From Deltaproteobacteria bacterium (lineage in GTDB: Bacteria > JAGRBM01 > JAHCIT01): a stretch of 64,000 bases of DNA. The stretch lies in contig JAHCIT010000011.1 in the NCBI GenBank assembly GCA_026129095.1, positions 1-64,000 of the forward strand. Direction: 5' to 3'. Position numbers and translations under genes: made by a program. Positions 49,797 to 59,357 of the stretch are shown in pieces. The notes beneath the pieces were generated by a model. The model worked only from the letters and a program-made list of their open reading frames with translations, did not search any database and was not told where the DNA came from. Each line of letters opens with the position of its first letter. The stretch's first letter is position 1.

Positions 49797-51413
49797 CTAC
49801 GCCGCGTAGAGGAGCTGGCGCTGCTCCCTGACCCTGGAATCCTCCAGGTAGGCGTCGAACGGCATGTTCACGTCAAGGACGCCCTTCGGGGCGATCTCGA
49901 CGATCCGGTTGGCGACAGTCTGGATGAACTGGTGATCCCGGGATGAAAAAAGGACCGTACCGCTGAAGTCAACGAGTGCGTCGTTCAGCGCCGTTATCGC
50001 TTCCAGGTCCAGGTGATTCGTCGGCTCGTCCATCACCAGCACGTTGCCGCCGTGGACCATCATCTTGGAAAGCATGCAGCGCACGCGCTCGCCGCCCGAC
50101 AGCACCCGCGCATTTTTCTTCGCCTCGTCACCGGAAAACAGCATCCGCCCGAGAAATCCCCGGATATACCCTTCGGTCTGTTCCTTGGAATACTGCCGGA
50201 GCCATTCGATAAGGTTCAGATCGGTTTCAAAATAGGGCCCATTGTCACGGGGGAAGAACGACGGCACAGCAGTAGAGCCCCATTCAACCGTTCCGCTGTC
50301 GGGCTGAAGCGTCCCTTCGAGAATCTGGAACAGAACGGTGGCAGGCAGGCTGCTCTTACCCACAAAGGCGATCTTCTCGCCCCGCTGCACGGAAAGGGAG
50401 AAGTTTTCCAGCACTTTCTGGTCTTCCACGGCCTTGGTCAGCCCCGCAACGGATAGAATGGAGCGGCCTGATTCGCGCTCGGCCTTGAACAGGATAGACG
50501 GATAGCGCCGGGATGAAGGCTTGATCTCATCCAGCGAGATCTTGTCCAGCAGCCGCTTGCGGCTCGTCGCCTGACGGGCCTTGGAAGCATTGGCGCTGAA
50601 CCGGGCGATAAACTCCTTGAGTTCCTTGATCTTCTCTTCCTTCTGCTTGTTCTGGTCCTGCGTCTGGCGGAGCGCCAGCTGCGATGCCTGGTACCAGAAC
50701 GAATAGTTGCCCGTGTAGAGCCGGATCTTCTGGTAATCGATATCGAGAATATGGGTGCAAACCCGGTCCAGAAAATGTCGGTCATGCGAAACGACAATCA
50801 CCGTGTTCTGGAAGTTGTACAGAAACTCCTCGAGCCAGAGGATCGAATCGGGATCCAGGCCGTTCGTGGGCTCATCCATCAGGAGCACGTCGGGATTTCC
50901 GAACAGCGCCTGTGCCAGCAGCACCCGGACCTTGAGGGCCCCGTCCAGATCACGCATCTTCATCTCGTGCAGGGGTTCGGGAATCCCCAGGTTGCTGAGG
51001 AGCGATGCGGCTTCGCTCACCGCTTCCCACCCGCCAATCTCGGTAAACTGTGCCTCAAGATCGGCCGTCCGCATGCCGTCGGCATCGGAGAAGTCGGGCT
51101 TGGCATACAGCGCGTCCCGCTCGGTCATGATGCCATACAGCTTTTCATGGCCGCGGATCACGGTATTGATGACCGTAAAGTCGTCAAACTCGAACTGGTT
51201 CTGGCGGAGGAAGCTGACCCGCGACCCCTTGGCAGTGTGGACCTTGCCCGTGTCGGGATCGATCTCCCCGGACAGTATCTTCAGGAACGTGGACTTTCCC
51301 GCTCCATTGGCCCCAATCACCCCATAACAGTTGCCCGGTGTGAACTCGGTGGTAACGTCCTCGAACAGCGTTCTGGCTCCAAACCGGAGCGTGATGTTGT
51401 CGGCACTAATCAC
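49797..51413 (-). CDS. ABC-F family ATPase (YbiT/YkpA-like)
   Basis: Two ABC domains (GANGAGKST...DEPTN; LSGGE...DEPTNHLD) and no TM. GTG start at 51413 inferred. Confidence 0.92.
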   Translation of the reverse strand: MISADNITLRFGARTLFEDVTTEFTPGNCYGVIGANGAGKSTFLKILSGEIDPDTGKVHTAKGSRVSFLRQNQFEFDDFTVINTVIRGHEKLYGIMTERDALYAKPDFSDADGMRTADLEAQFTEIGGWEAVSEAASLLSNLGIPEPLHEMKMRDLDGALKVRVLLAQALFGNPDVLLMDEPTNGLDPDSILWLEEFLYNFQNTVIVVSHDRHFLDRVCTHILDIDYQKIRLYTGNYSFWYQASQLALRQTQDQNKQKEEKIKELKEFIARFSANASKARQATSRKRLLDKISLDEIKPSSRRYPSILFKAERESGRSILSVAGLTKAVEDQKVLENFSLSVQRGEKIAFVGKSSLPATVLFQILEGTLQPDSGTVEWGSTAVPSFFPRDNGPYFETDLNLIEWLRQYSKEQTEGYIRGFLGRMLFSGDEAKKNARVLSGGERVRCMLSKMMVHGGNVLVMDEPTNHLDLEAITALNDALVDFSGTVLFSSRDHQFIQTVANRIVEIAPKGVLDVNMPFDAYLEDSRVREQRQLLYAA

Positions 51414-51472
51414 GGCGGCCCCACTAGCCAAATCCGCCCCCGGAATACAAGTTTTGCGGGGATGAGCCATCT

Positions 51473-52366
51473 GTGAGCAAGCACGCAGCCAGCCCTTCCA
51501 ACCATCTTCTCCGGTCCATAAACCGGACGTGGGACTGTTACGAGCGGTGCCGCAGTCGCTATCGCCGCAAGGGCAGCGAGCGGTCCATCCACGATCTCCG
51601 GGTCGCCACTCGCCGGCTTCTCGCCATGTTCGATCTCTACGGACCGCTTCTCGGCGATGACGGGGCGGATATGGTCAAAAAGGCCCGTAAACGTGCCAAG
51701 GAGGATATGGGAAGCCTCGGCCCACTCCGGGATGCCCAGGTCCAGCTCCGGCTTCTGCCGTCGGTTCTTTCTGTCAACGCCCCTCTGGAACCGCTCGTAA
51801 AAGAGCTCCGGTCCGAAGAGAAAAAACTTTCCAAGAAACGAGTCCCGGCCCGGAAGGCCGGGACACCAAAGTCTATCCGCCGCGCCGTCAGGCAGATTCG
51901 CAGCCTGACCCAAAAGGCAGGCACCCGGGACGAGACTTCGACGGCGCTCGCCATCTCGCTCGGCCGGATTTCCAGGCGGGAGTTCCAGAAGGTTGTCCGG
52001 CTGGCCGCACTGGTAGACGCAGACGAGCCCGTGACCATTCACCGACTCCGTGTGCCGTTCAAGAAGTTCCGTTACATGCGAGAGTTCATGGCCAGTGTGC
52101 CGCCCGGCGTCAGCCGTCAGCAGATCGGCTCGATGCGCCGGTTTCAGGCGGCCATGGGCGCCGTGCAGGATATCTGTGTGCTGGAGAAACGGATCGCCAG
52201 TTACAGTGGGGCCGCACCGGCGCCCCTGAAATCCGGCGCAAAGGCCGCCCTGCGGAAAGTCCGTTCCGAACGGGACCGGCGCATCCGGGAGTTTATTCAG
52301 TTGCTGCCGGAGCTGGAATCGTTCCGGGAACCGCCTGAAACGATGCGCTCAAGCTGGCGGCCGTGA
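51473..52366 (+). CDS. CHAD-domain protein
   Basis: HDLRVATRRL, LGPLRDAQV, HRLRVPFKKFRY, QAAMGAVQD; very basic. Confidence 0.88.
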   Translation: MSKHAASPSNHLLRSINRTWDCYERCRSRYRRKGSERSIHDLRVATRRLLAMFDLYGPLLGDDGADMVKKARKRAKEDMGSLGPLRDAQVQLRLLPSVLSVNAPLEPLVKELRSEEKKLSKKRVPARKAGTPKSIRRAVRQIRSLTQKAGTRDETSTALAISLGRISRREFQKVVRLAALVDADEPVTIHRLRVPFKKFRYMREFMASVPPGVSRQQIGSMRRFQAAMGAVQDICVLEKRIASYSGAAPAPLKSGAKAALRKVRSERDRRIREFIQLLPELESFREPPETMRSSWRP

Positions 52367-52947
52367 ACACCGCTGAGGAGAAGCAGGGACAGCGCCGCCC
52401 CCACCAACGCGAGGAACATGTCCCACTGGGTATCCCACTCGTCGCCCTGCATCCCCAGGAATTCGTTGGCGCCCTGCCCGATAATCACGGCGGCAAGCCA
52501 CTCCATCAGTTCATAGACGGCACTGAAGGCAAGACAGAAGCTCACTACGATAAAGAACAGCCACTTGCCGGGTTTCAGCGGCGTCAGGCGCAGCAGCAGT
52601 TCCCTCGCCAGGATCGCCGGAACAAACCCCTGCACGAAGTGGCCGAACCGATCATAGGGATTACGACTCAGGGAGAAGACATCGCGCATCCAGTCGCCTG
52701 CCGGAACCCGTGCGTAGGTGTAATGTCCGCCCAGGATCAGCCCCAGCGAGTGAAAGAACAGGAGCCGGTAGAGCAGCGGCGTCAGCGGGAACCGGTCGAA
52801 GGTCAGAATAGCCAGCGGGAGTCCGATCAAGACGGGCAGCACTTCCAGGAACCAGGTGAGCCGGTCAAACGGGCTCCAGCCTGAAAGAACCAGCGCCAGC
52901 ACCGTCAGGGCGACAAGGGCGATCCGTTCAGCGCGAGAGCTGGTCAC
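52297..52947 (-). CDS. DUF2238/YjdF-like inner membrane protein
   Basis: GGHYTYARVP, RNPYDRFGHF, YELMEW, QGDEWDTQWDM. Confidence 0.88.
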   Translation of the reverse strand: MTSSRAERIALVALTVLALVLSGWSPFDRLTWFLEVLPVLIGLPLAILTFDRFPLTPLLYRLLFFHSLGLILGGHYTYARVPAGDWMRDVFSLSRNPYDRFGHFVQGFVPAILARELLLRLTPLKPGKWLFFIVVSFCLAFSAVYELMEWLAAVIIGQGANEFLGMQGDEWDTQWDMFLALVGAALSLLLLSGVHGRQLERIVSGGSRNDSSSGSN

Positions 52948-53174
52948 GGAGATGCGGGTTCCACGGCACCGTCAGCCGGGCTGCTGTCGCTGGTCCCGTG
53001 CTCTATCTGGACGGGAAGCGCTTCGCGGTGCTCGCGGGCCCGCCAGATGACAAAACCCACTGACAGCACGGCCAGCCAGACGGCGATCAGGCCCGCCAGG
53101 ATGCCGATGATCCGGACCCGGCGCTCCCGTTCTTCGGGCGTTTCCTCTGGAACTTCGTTGGCTGGATCGCTCAT
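52944..53174 (-). CDS. Small single-TM hypothetical protein
   Basis: Acidic N-terminus plus one TM; 4-nt overlap with the next gene. Confidence 0.6.
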   Translation of the reverse strand: MSDPANEVPEETPEERERRVRIIGILAGLIAVWLAVLSVGFVIWRAREHREALPVQIEHGTSDSSPADGAVEPASP

Positions 53175-53219
53175 CGCGGATTCATGAACGGCCGGCAGCG
53201 GGACGTGCAAGCGCCGCCC

Positions 53220-54434
53220 CTACTCCCCGTCCGGCATGATCCGGAGCAGGTGGCCGAGCTTGTCGCGCTTGGTCTTCAGGTAACGCAGGTTTTCCTGGCT
53301 GGGCTCGATCTCGATGGGAACACGGTCAACCACTTCCATCCCATAGGCTTCGAGCCCGACGATCTTCTTGGGATTGTTGGTCATGAGGCGGAGCTTCTTC
53401 AGCCCCAGGTCCACGAGAATCTGCGCGCCAATGCCGAAATCCCTCAGATCCGGCTTGAACCCGAGAGCGATATTGGCTTCCACCGTGTCCATGCCGCCGT
53501 CCTGGAGGTTGTAGGCCTTGATCTTGTTCGCCAGCCCAATACCGCGGCCCTCCTGGATGAGGTACAGGACAACACCCTTCCCGGCGCGCTCCACCATGCG
53601 CATGGCAGCGTGAAGCTGCTCTCCGCAATCGCACCGGAGCGAATTGAAGATGTCGCCCGTGACGCATGACGAATGGACCCGCACCAGCGTCGGCTCGCCG
53701 TCGGTCACATCGCCCTTGATGAGCGCCACATGTTCATGGCTGTCCACGTCATTGTGGTAGACGATGATCCTGAACTCGCCATACTGGGTCGGCAGGCGGC
53801 CCTCCGAGACGCGATGAACGAGCCGCTCCTTCCAGAGCCGGTACCGGATGATGTCGGCAACCGAGATGATCTTGAGATTCCATTCGGCGGCAAACCGTTC
53901 GAGGTCCGGCATCCGGGCCATGGTGCCGTCGTCCTTCATGATCTCGCAGATGACACCGTAGGGTTTCACACCCGCCATTCGGCAGATATCGACCGAGCCT
54001 TCGGTCTGTCCCGTGCGCTGGAGCACGCCGCCCGGACGGGCGATCAGGGGAAATACATGGCCGGGGCGGGACAGATCGCTGGCGGTAGAACTGTCATCAA
54101 TCGCCACATGGATGGTACGCGCCCGGTCGGCGGCGCTGATGCCGGTCGTCACGCCCGTACGCGCCTCGATGGAAACAGTGAACGCCGTGCCGAACTGGGA
54201 CGTGTTTTCGCGGACCATCAGGGGAAGGTTCAGGTGCCCGGCACGTTCTTCGGTCAGGGTAAGACAGATCAGCCCCCGGCCATGTTTGGCCATGAAGTTC
54301 ACAGCCTCGGGGGTGGCGAACTGGGCCGCCATCACGAGATCGCCCTCGTTCTCGCGGTCCTCATCATCAACCATGATGATCATCTTGCCTTCGCGCAGGT
54401 CGCGCATGGCGTCTTCGACACGGCTCAACGGCAT
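53220..54434 (-). CDS. ribBA: Bifunctional DHBP synthase / GTP cyclohydrolase II
   Basis: DDEDRENEGD, RVHSSC...CDCGEQL, QEGRGIGL, TNNP. Confidence 0.97.
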   Translation of the reverse strand: MPLSRVEDAMRDLREGKMIIMVDDEDRENEGDLVMAAQFATPEAVNFMAKHGRGLICLTLTEERAGHLNLPLMVRENTSQFGTAFTVSIEARTGVTTGISAADRARTIHVAIDDSSTASDLSRPGHVFPLIARPGGVLQRTGQTEGSVDICRMAGVKPYGVICEIMKDDGTMARMPDLERFAAEWNLKIISVADIIRYRLWKERLVHRVSEGRLPTQYGEFRIIVYHNDVDSHEHVALIKGDVTDGEPTLVRVHSSCVTGDIFNSLRCDCGEQLHAAMRMVERAGKGVVLYLIQEGRGIGLANKIKAYNLQDGGMDTVEANIALGFKPDLRDFGIGAQILVDLGLKKLRLMTNNPKKIVGLEAYGMEVVDRVPIEIEPSQENLRYLKTKRDKLGHLLRIMPDGE

Positions 54435-54591
54435 AGAGGGAACTCCCGCGCACCCGGGAACAGTTCAGGCCGGATCAGCCGGTCCCGACCGGTGGATGGG
54501 GTGGCCCCTGAAAACTCCGCGGGTTTCCGCGGCGGGGCGCTTGAGGCGCCGGGGGACACTGGAATCCACCCCCCGGGTGCTGGATGTAACC

Positions 54592-55272
54592 CTATTCCAA
54601 AAATCCGTGTTCGGCCAGAAACCTGAGATCAATCTTCGAACCCCCGGCTTTCCCGGCCACGGCAGGCCCAAGCCGGACCGCGAGCAGCCGCTCGACGTAT
54701 TTGGCCAGCACGTCCGCCTCAAGATTGACCGGATCGCCCTTTTTGAGCGTGCCCAAGGCTGTTTCGGACCAGGTGACCGGAATGATGTTGACGGTAAACT
54801 CCGCCCCTTGAACCTCGTTCACGGTCAGCGATACCCCGTCCACCGCCACCGAACCCTTGGGTATCAGGTACGGGGCGATGGTATCCGGCACCCGGAAGGT
54901 GAGCTTGTGGCTCTCGCCCACAGGTTCGGCCGACAGCAGTTCGCCGACGCCATCCACGTGGCCCTGAACGATATGCCCCCCGAGCCGATCAGCTGCCCGG
55001 AGCGCCCGTTCGAGATTCACTTCCGATCCCACGGCGACGCTGCCCAGTTTCGTCTTGTTCAGGGATTCGCGGGAGACATCGGCCTCAAAGCCGTCCCTGT
55101 GAATCTTCGTTACCGTGAGGCATGTGCCGCTCACGGCGATGCTCTCACCCAATTCAAAATCGCCGGTATCCAGTTTCGTCTGGACCGTCAGGACAACTCC
55201 CGCCGTTTCGCCCCCCGGCAGCGCCCGGCGGCCGGTTATCTTCCCACGGTCAATGATGAGGCCGGTGAACAT
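54592..55272 (-). CDS. ribE: Riboflavin synthase (alpha)
   Basis: MFTGLI, GTCLTV, VNLERA, GGHIVQGHVD, GVSLTV. Confidence 0.96.
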   Translation of the reverse strand: MFTGLIIDRGKITGRRALPGGETAGVVLTVQTKLDTGDFELGESIAVSGTCLTVTKIHRDGFEADVSRESLNKTKLGSVAVGSEVNLERALRAADRLGGHIVQGHVDGVGELLSAEPVGESHKLTFRVPDTIAPYLIPKGSVAVDGVSLTVNEVQGAEFTVNIIPVTWSETALGTLKKGDPVNLEADVLAKYVERLLAVRLGPAVAGKAGGSKIDLRFLAEHGFLE

Positions 55273-55281
55273 GGCTTGAAC

Positions 55282-56439
55282 CTACCTTGCCCGGTAGCGG
55301 CGGTCGAGTTCGCCCGTAACGAGGAGATCATTACCCAGCCGCTCGGTCGCCAGATCGCGGACCGGTATCGCCCCCGCCAGTTTTTCCACGCCGGAACCGC
55401 CGAGCACGCCCGGTGCCAGCGCGCCGCCGATGATTCTGGGGGCGAGAAAAAGGGCGAACCGGTCGGCAAGTCCCAGTTCGATCAGGCTCCACCCGAGCGT
55501 GGGACCGCCTTCGACCAGTACGCCCGTTATCCGTTCCAGACCCAGGTACCGCCACAGGCGGGGCAGGTCCACCTGTCCGTTCCGGTCAGTCAGCTCCACG
55601 ACGCGGGCGCCGGCCTTTTCCAGCACCCGGCGGCGGGCCGCTCCACCCCGCCCGGTGGTGGCGATGATCTTTTTCGTCCGGCGGTTACGGAACAGCCTGG
55701 CCGTGGGAGGCGTCCGGAGGCGCGAATCGACGATGACAACAGCCGGATCGGCGCCGGTCCGGCGGGTGAACCGCACGTTCAGTTCTGGATCGTCGGCCAG
55801 CACAGTGCCCACGCCCACGCAAACGGCATCATAAAGGTCGCGCCACTCGTGAACCCGGCGGAGCGACTCCCTGCCGGTGATGTATTTCGACTGGCCCGTG
55901 CGGGTGGCGATCTTCCCGTCCAGCGAGGCGGCGAGCTTCACCACCGTAAATGGCGTCCCGGTTCCGGCCCAGGTGAGGAAGATTTCGTTCAGCCGCCCGG
56001 CTTCGTCCTTCAGGATGCCCGTCGTTACTTCAATCCCCGACCTGCGGAGCCGCTGCAGGGCCCCGTCAGCCTTGGGGTGCGGATCATCCGACGCGATGAC
56101 CACCCGTTTGACCCCGGCCGCAATCAGTCCCGACGTGCAGGGTGGCACCTGGCCCTCAAGGTTGCAGGGGGTGAGCGTCACATAGACCGTTGCCCCCTTC
56201 GCCCGGCGTCCGGCCCTTGCGAGCGCCTCGGCCTCGGCGTGCGGCAGGCCCGGACCCCGGTGGTAGCCCTCGGCGATGATTTTGCCGCCCTTTACCACCA
56301 CCGAGCCGACGATGGGGTTCGGCGAAGTCTTCCCCTTGCCCCGGGCTGCCAGTTCCAGCGCACGGGCCATGAACTTCCGGTCCGCTTCACGCTGCGGATG
56401 GAGCTTGACGGGCCGGGCCGGGCGTTTGGGACCGCTCAT
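55282..56439 (-). CDS. ribD: Riboflavin biosynthesis deaminase/reductase
   Basis: PNPIVG, HAE, PC...PPC, ASLDGK, VEGG. Confidence 0.95.
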   Translation of the reverse strand: MSGPKRPARPVKLHPQREADRKFMARALELAARGKGKTSPNPIVGSVVVKGGKIIAEGYHRGPGLPHAEAEALARAGRRAKGATVYVTLTPCNLEGQVPPCTSGLIAAGVKRVVIASDDPHPKADGALQRLRRSGIEVTTGILKDEAGRLNEIFLTWAGTGTPFTVVKLAASLDGKIATRTGQSKYITGRESLRRVHEWRDLYDAVCVGVGTVLADDPELNVRFTRRTGADPAVVIVDSRLRTPPTARLFRNRRTKKIIATTGRGGAARRRVLEKAGARVVELTDRNGQVDLPRLWRYLGLERITGVLVEGGPTLGWSLIELGLADRFALFLAPRIIGGALAPGVLGGSGVEKLAGAIPVRDLATERLGNDLLVTGELDRRYRAR

Positions 56440-56505
56440 GTGCCGGTATATAGCACAGAGCCCTCTCTGTTCGCCCCGCCCCCCGATCGTGGTTACAATG
56501 TCCCT

Positions 56506-56900
56506 TGCGCCCTGGAACGGCGGGTGGTCGCGTCAGGGGTTGGCAGCTTGCTGCCGGCCGCCTGCCGAGGAACTTCCGGACTCCGTGGGACCGGACGCCG
56601 GCTAACGGCCGGGAGCCGAAAGGCTACGGAAAGTGCAACAGAGAACAGTCCGCCGATGGCCCCGCAAGGGGATCAGGCAAGGGTGAAACGGTGCGGTAAG
56701 AGCGCACCCGGCACCGGGGCGACCCGGACCGTGGCAAACCCCGTCCGGAGCAAGATCAAATAGGTGCGCGCTGGTAGGCGAGAGTCCCCGCCGAAGCGCA
56801 CGGGTAGATCGCTTGAGGGCGCCGGCAACGGCGTTCCCAGATGGATGACCACCGCCCCGCAAGGGGGACAGGATCCGGAGTACAGCCGTTCCAGGGCGCA
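56506..56900 (+). ncRNA. rnpB: RNase P RNA, bacterial type A
   Basis: P1 formed by TGCGCCCTGGAACGGC and GCCGTTCCAGGGCGCA. Conserved GGAAAGTGCAACAGAGA, GGGTGAAACGGTGCGGTAAGAGCGCACC, GGCAAACCCC, GGAGCAAG. TACAAT -10 at 56494-56499. Confidence 0.96.
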
Positions 56901-56920
56901 CTTTAGATGAAGGAATCCGG

Positions 56921-57652
56921 ATGAAAACGACTGGCGGATTCGCGGCCATATTGATCCTTTTGCTCCCGGCCTGCGCCCCGAAGGCAATGCCGTTCGACGC
57001 CATGGATTTCGACCCGGAACCGGCGCAACTCCAGACGCTGCACGGCGGATTTCTTTTTCCCGCCGGCACGCTCAAGGCTGAAATTGTCCTCACCGAAGCC
57101 CGGCAGAGCATCTATTTACAGGACGGGTTCGGAAACCCGGTGGAGACCTTGCCCGAACGCTGCCGGGGGCTCGTGATCCGGCGGGGGACCAGCGAACGCT
57201 GGGAAGAGTTCTGGTTCGCCCGCTCAGGAGATGAACCCGGCGCCTTTCATGCGACGGAACTCAGGGAAGCGGTGATCCGCGGCGTCACCGGGCATCTCCT
57301 GTTCCGCGACTGCCCAGCGGAAGGGGCGGCCGACGCCGTTATCCGCATCGACCCGCCACGGGACTACTACGCCCGGCACGGCGGCAGGGTTTACACAAAC
57401 GCCGACTACCTGATCGAAGTGGTGAGGAAGGACGACCTCGTGAAATTCTATGTCTCGACGCCGGAACAGCCCTCCATCGACGTCTCGAAGATCGGCCTAG
57501 CCCTGCTCTATGACTCCCGCGGACGTTCGCTTCCGGTGGCCCGCTCACGGGACGGAGCGTTCCTGTATGCCCGCGTCCCGGCCCGTCCTGGCCGCGGCCG
57601 GCTCATGTTCCATCTGTTCAACGAGGAACTGGACCTGCAGGTCGAGTGGTAG
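56921..57652 (+). CDS. Hypothetical exported protein/lipoprotein with two HGG-motif repeats
   Basis: Signal ending LLLPAC; repeats LHGG...AEIV...IY and RHGG...IEVV...FY. Confidence 0.7.
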   Translation: MKTTGGFAAILILLLPACAPKAMPFDAMDFDPEPAQLQTLHGGFLFPAGTLKAEIVLTEARQSIYLQDGFGNPVETLPERCRGLVIRRGTSERWEEFWFARSGDEPGAFHATELREAVIRGVTGHLLFRDCPAEGAADAVIRIDPPRDYYARHGGRVYTNADYLIEVVRKDDLVKFYVSTPEQPSIDVSKIGLALLYDSRGRSLPVARSRDGAFLYARVPARPGRGRLMFHLFNEELDLQVEW

Positions 57653-57655
57653 CCC

Positions 57656-59266
57656 TCACTGCCACTTCCAGTCCTTGTACCGGTCCCTGAGGGCGGTCTT
57701 CAGGAACTTGCCCGTGGAGGTGCGTGGAATCGCGTCAGCGAACTCCACCGCGTCAGGAAGCCACCACTTGGCGAACCGCGATGCCAGATACTGCCTGATG
57801 TCGTCAGCAGTCGCCTTCTGGCCATCCTTCAGCACGACGACGGCCAGCGGCCGCTCGTCCCACTTGGGATGCTGGATGGCGATCACCGCCGCCTCCTTCA
57901 CCGCCGGGTGGCCCATGATGGCGTTCTCCAGATCCACCGAACTGATCCACTCGCCACCCGACTTGATGAGGTCTTTCGTTCGGTCGGTGAGCTTGACGAA
58001 CCCTTCGGGGTCGATTGTCGCCACGTCTCCGGTCCGGAACCAGCCGTCGGCGGTGAACTTGTCGTCAGAATTCTCAAGCCGGTAGTAGCTCGACGCCACG
58101 TACGGCCCACGAACCTGAAGTTCGCCCATCGTCTCCCCGTCCCACGGAGCCTCGCCCTTCTCGTTCACGATACGGGTATCGACCAATGGCACCGGAAGCC
58201 CCTGTTTCGCGCGGATGGCATACTTCTCGTCCTCGGTGCAGCCCGCCTGCGACGCTTTCAGCTGACTGCAGGTGCCGAGCGGCGACAGCTCGGTCATTCC
58301 CCACAAGTGAATAATTCTCATGCCAAACCGGTCGAGCTTGCGCATCAGGGCCTCGGGAACGGCCGATCCGCCCACCGCCATCCGGACCTCGGACTGGAAC
58401 TTCCAGCGGGACGGCTCCTTTTCGAGCGCCTCCAGGATGCCAAGCCAGATGGTCGGGACCCCGGCGCTGAAGGTGACGCGCTCGCCCGCAAAAAAATCCA
58501 GCAGGTTTGCCGCATCCAGGTGCGGCCCTGGAAACACCTGACGCGCCCCCACCATCACGCAGATGAACGGCAGCCCCCAGGCATTCGCATGGAACATGGG
58601 CACCACCGGCATCACCGTATCGTGCTGGGAAAGGCCATGAACGTCCGGCAGCGCCGAGACGAGCGAATGCAGCGCGATGGCCCGGTGAGAATAGAGGACG
58701 CCTTTCGGGTTACCCGTGGTACCGCTCGTGTAGCAGATACCCATCGCCTCGTTCTCGTCGATGTCGGGATACCTGAAATCCTCGCTGCCGCTGTCAATAA
58801 ACTTCTCGTAGTCCTCCATTCCGGCCGGAACCGGCCCCTTGAACGGAACAACGATCACTTTTTCAAACTTCACCCGGTCCTTGAACTGGTCGTAGAGCGG
58901 GAGCAGCACGTCATCGACGATCAGGAAACGGTCTTCGGCGTGGTTGGCGATATAGGCGAGGTCGTCCGCAAAGAGCCGCAGGTTCAGGGTATGCAAGACG
59001 CCGCCTGCCGCCGGAATGCCGAAGTAGCACTCCAGATGCCGCCAGTGGTTCCAGGAAAGCGTCGCCACGCGGTCCCCGCGTTTCATGCCCGCTTTCGTGA
59101 GCGCCGATGCGAGTTTTTTCGTCCGGCGGTAGAACTCGCCGTACGTCGTCCGGTGGATCGACTTGTCGGGCAAACGCGTCACGATCTCCGTTTTCGGGAA
59201 AAGCTTTCCGGCCCGCTCCAGCATGAAAGGAAGCGTCAGCGGGTAGTTCATCATCAGGCCGTCCAT
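57656..59266 (-). CDS. Long-chain fatty-acid--CoA ligase (AlkK-like adenylate-forming enzyme)
   Basis: YTSGTTGNPKG, WGMTE, GWFRTGD, DRTKDLIKSGGEWISS. AAGGAGG SD precedes the ATG at 59266. Confidence 0.93.
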   Translation of the reverse strand: MDGLMMNYPLTLPFMLERAGKLFPKTEIVTRLPDKSIHRTTYGEFYRRTKKLASALTKAGMKRGDRVATLSWNHWRHLECYFGIPAAGGVLHTLNLRLFADDLAYIANHAEDRFLIVDDVLLPLYDQFKDRVKFEKVIVVPFKGPVPAGMEDYEKFIDSGSEDFRYPDIDENEAMGICYTSGTTGNPKGVLYSHRAIALHSLVSALPDVHGLSQHDTVMPVVPMFHANAWGLPFICVMVGARQVFPGPHLDAANLLDFFAGERVTFSAGVPTIWLGILEALEKEPSRWKFQSEVRMAVGGSAVPEALMRKLDRFGMRIIHLWGMTELSPLGTCSQLKASQAGCTEDEKYAIRAKQGLPVPLVDTRIVNEKGEAPWDGETMGELQVRGPYVASSYYRLENSDDKFTADGWFRTGDVATIDPEGFVKLTDRTKDLIKSGGEWISSVDLENAIMGHPAVKEAAVIAIQHPKWDERPLAVVVLKDGQKATADDIRQYLASRFAKWWLPDAVEFADAIPRTSTGKFLKTALRDRYKDWKWQ

Positions 59267-59357
59267 GCAGGCGGTCCTCCTTGGGATACAGGTCCAGTTC
59301 AGACCGGAAATATGTAACCGCCCGGCAGGATGAAGGCCAGACGGTGCGGCCGCAAGT

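Noticed and set aside
54470..54505. FMN riboswitch-like words (TCCCGACCGGTGG, GGATGGG)
   Set aside because: They are on the strand opposite the rib genes and the rest of the RFN consensus is missing.
56439..56456. Leaderless ribD promoter (TGcTATATA, 7 nt before the ATG)
   Set aside because: Suggestive, but it lacks the conserved final T of the -10 element; needs TSS data.
54013..56763. 916-aa plus-strand ORF
   Set aside because: Antisense to the rib genes and running into rnpB; Arg/Pro/Gly-rich shadow composition.
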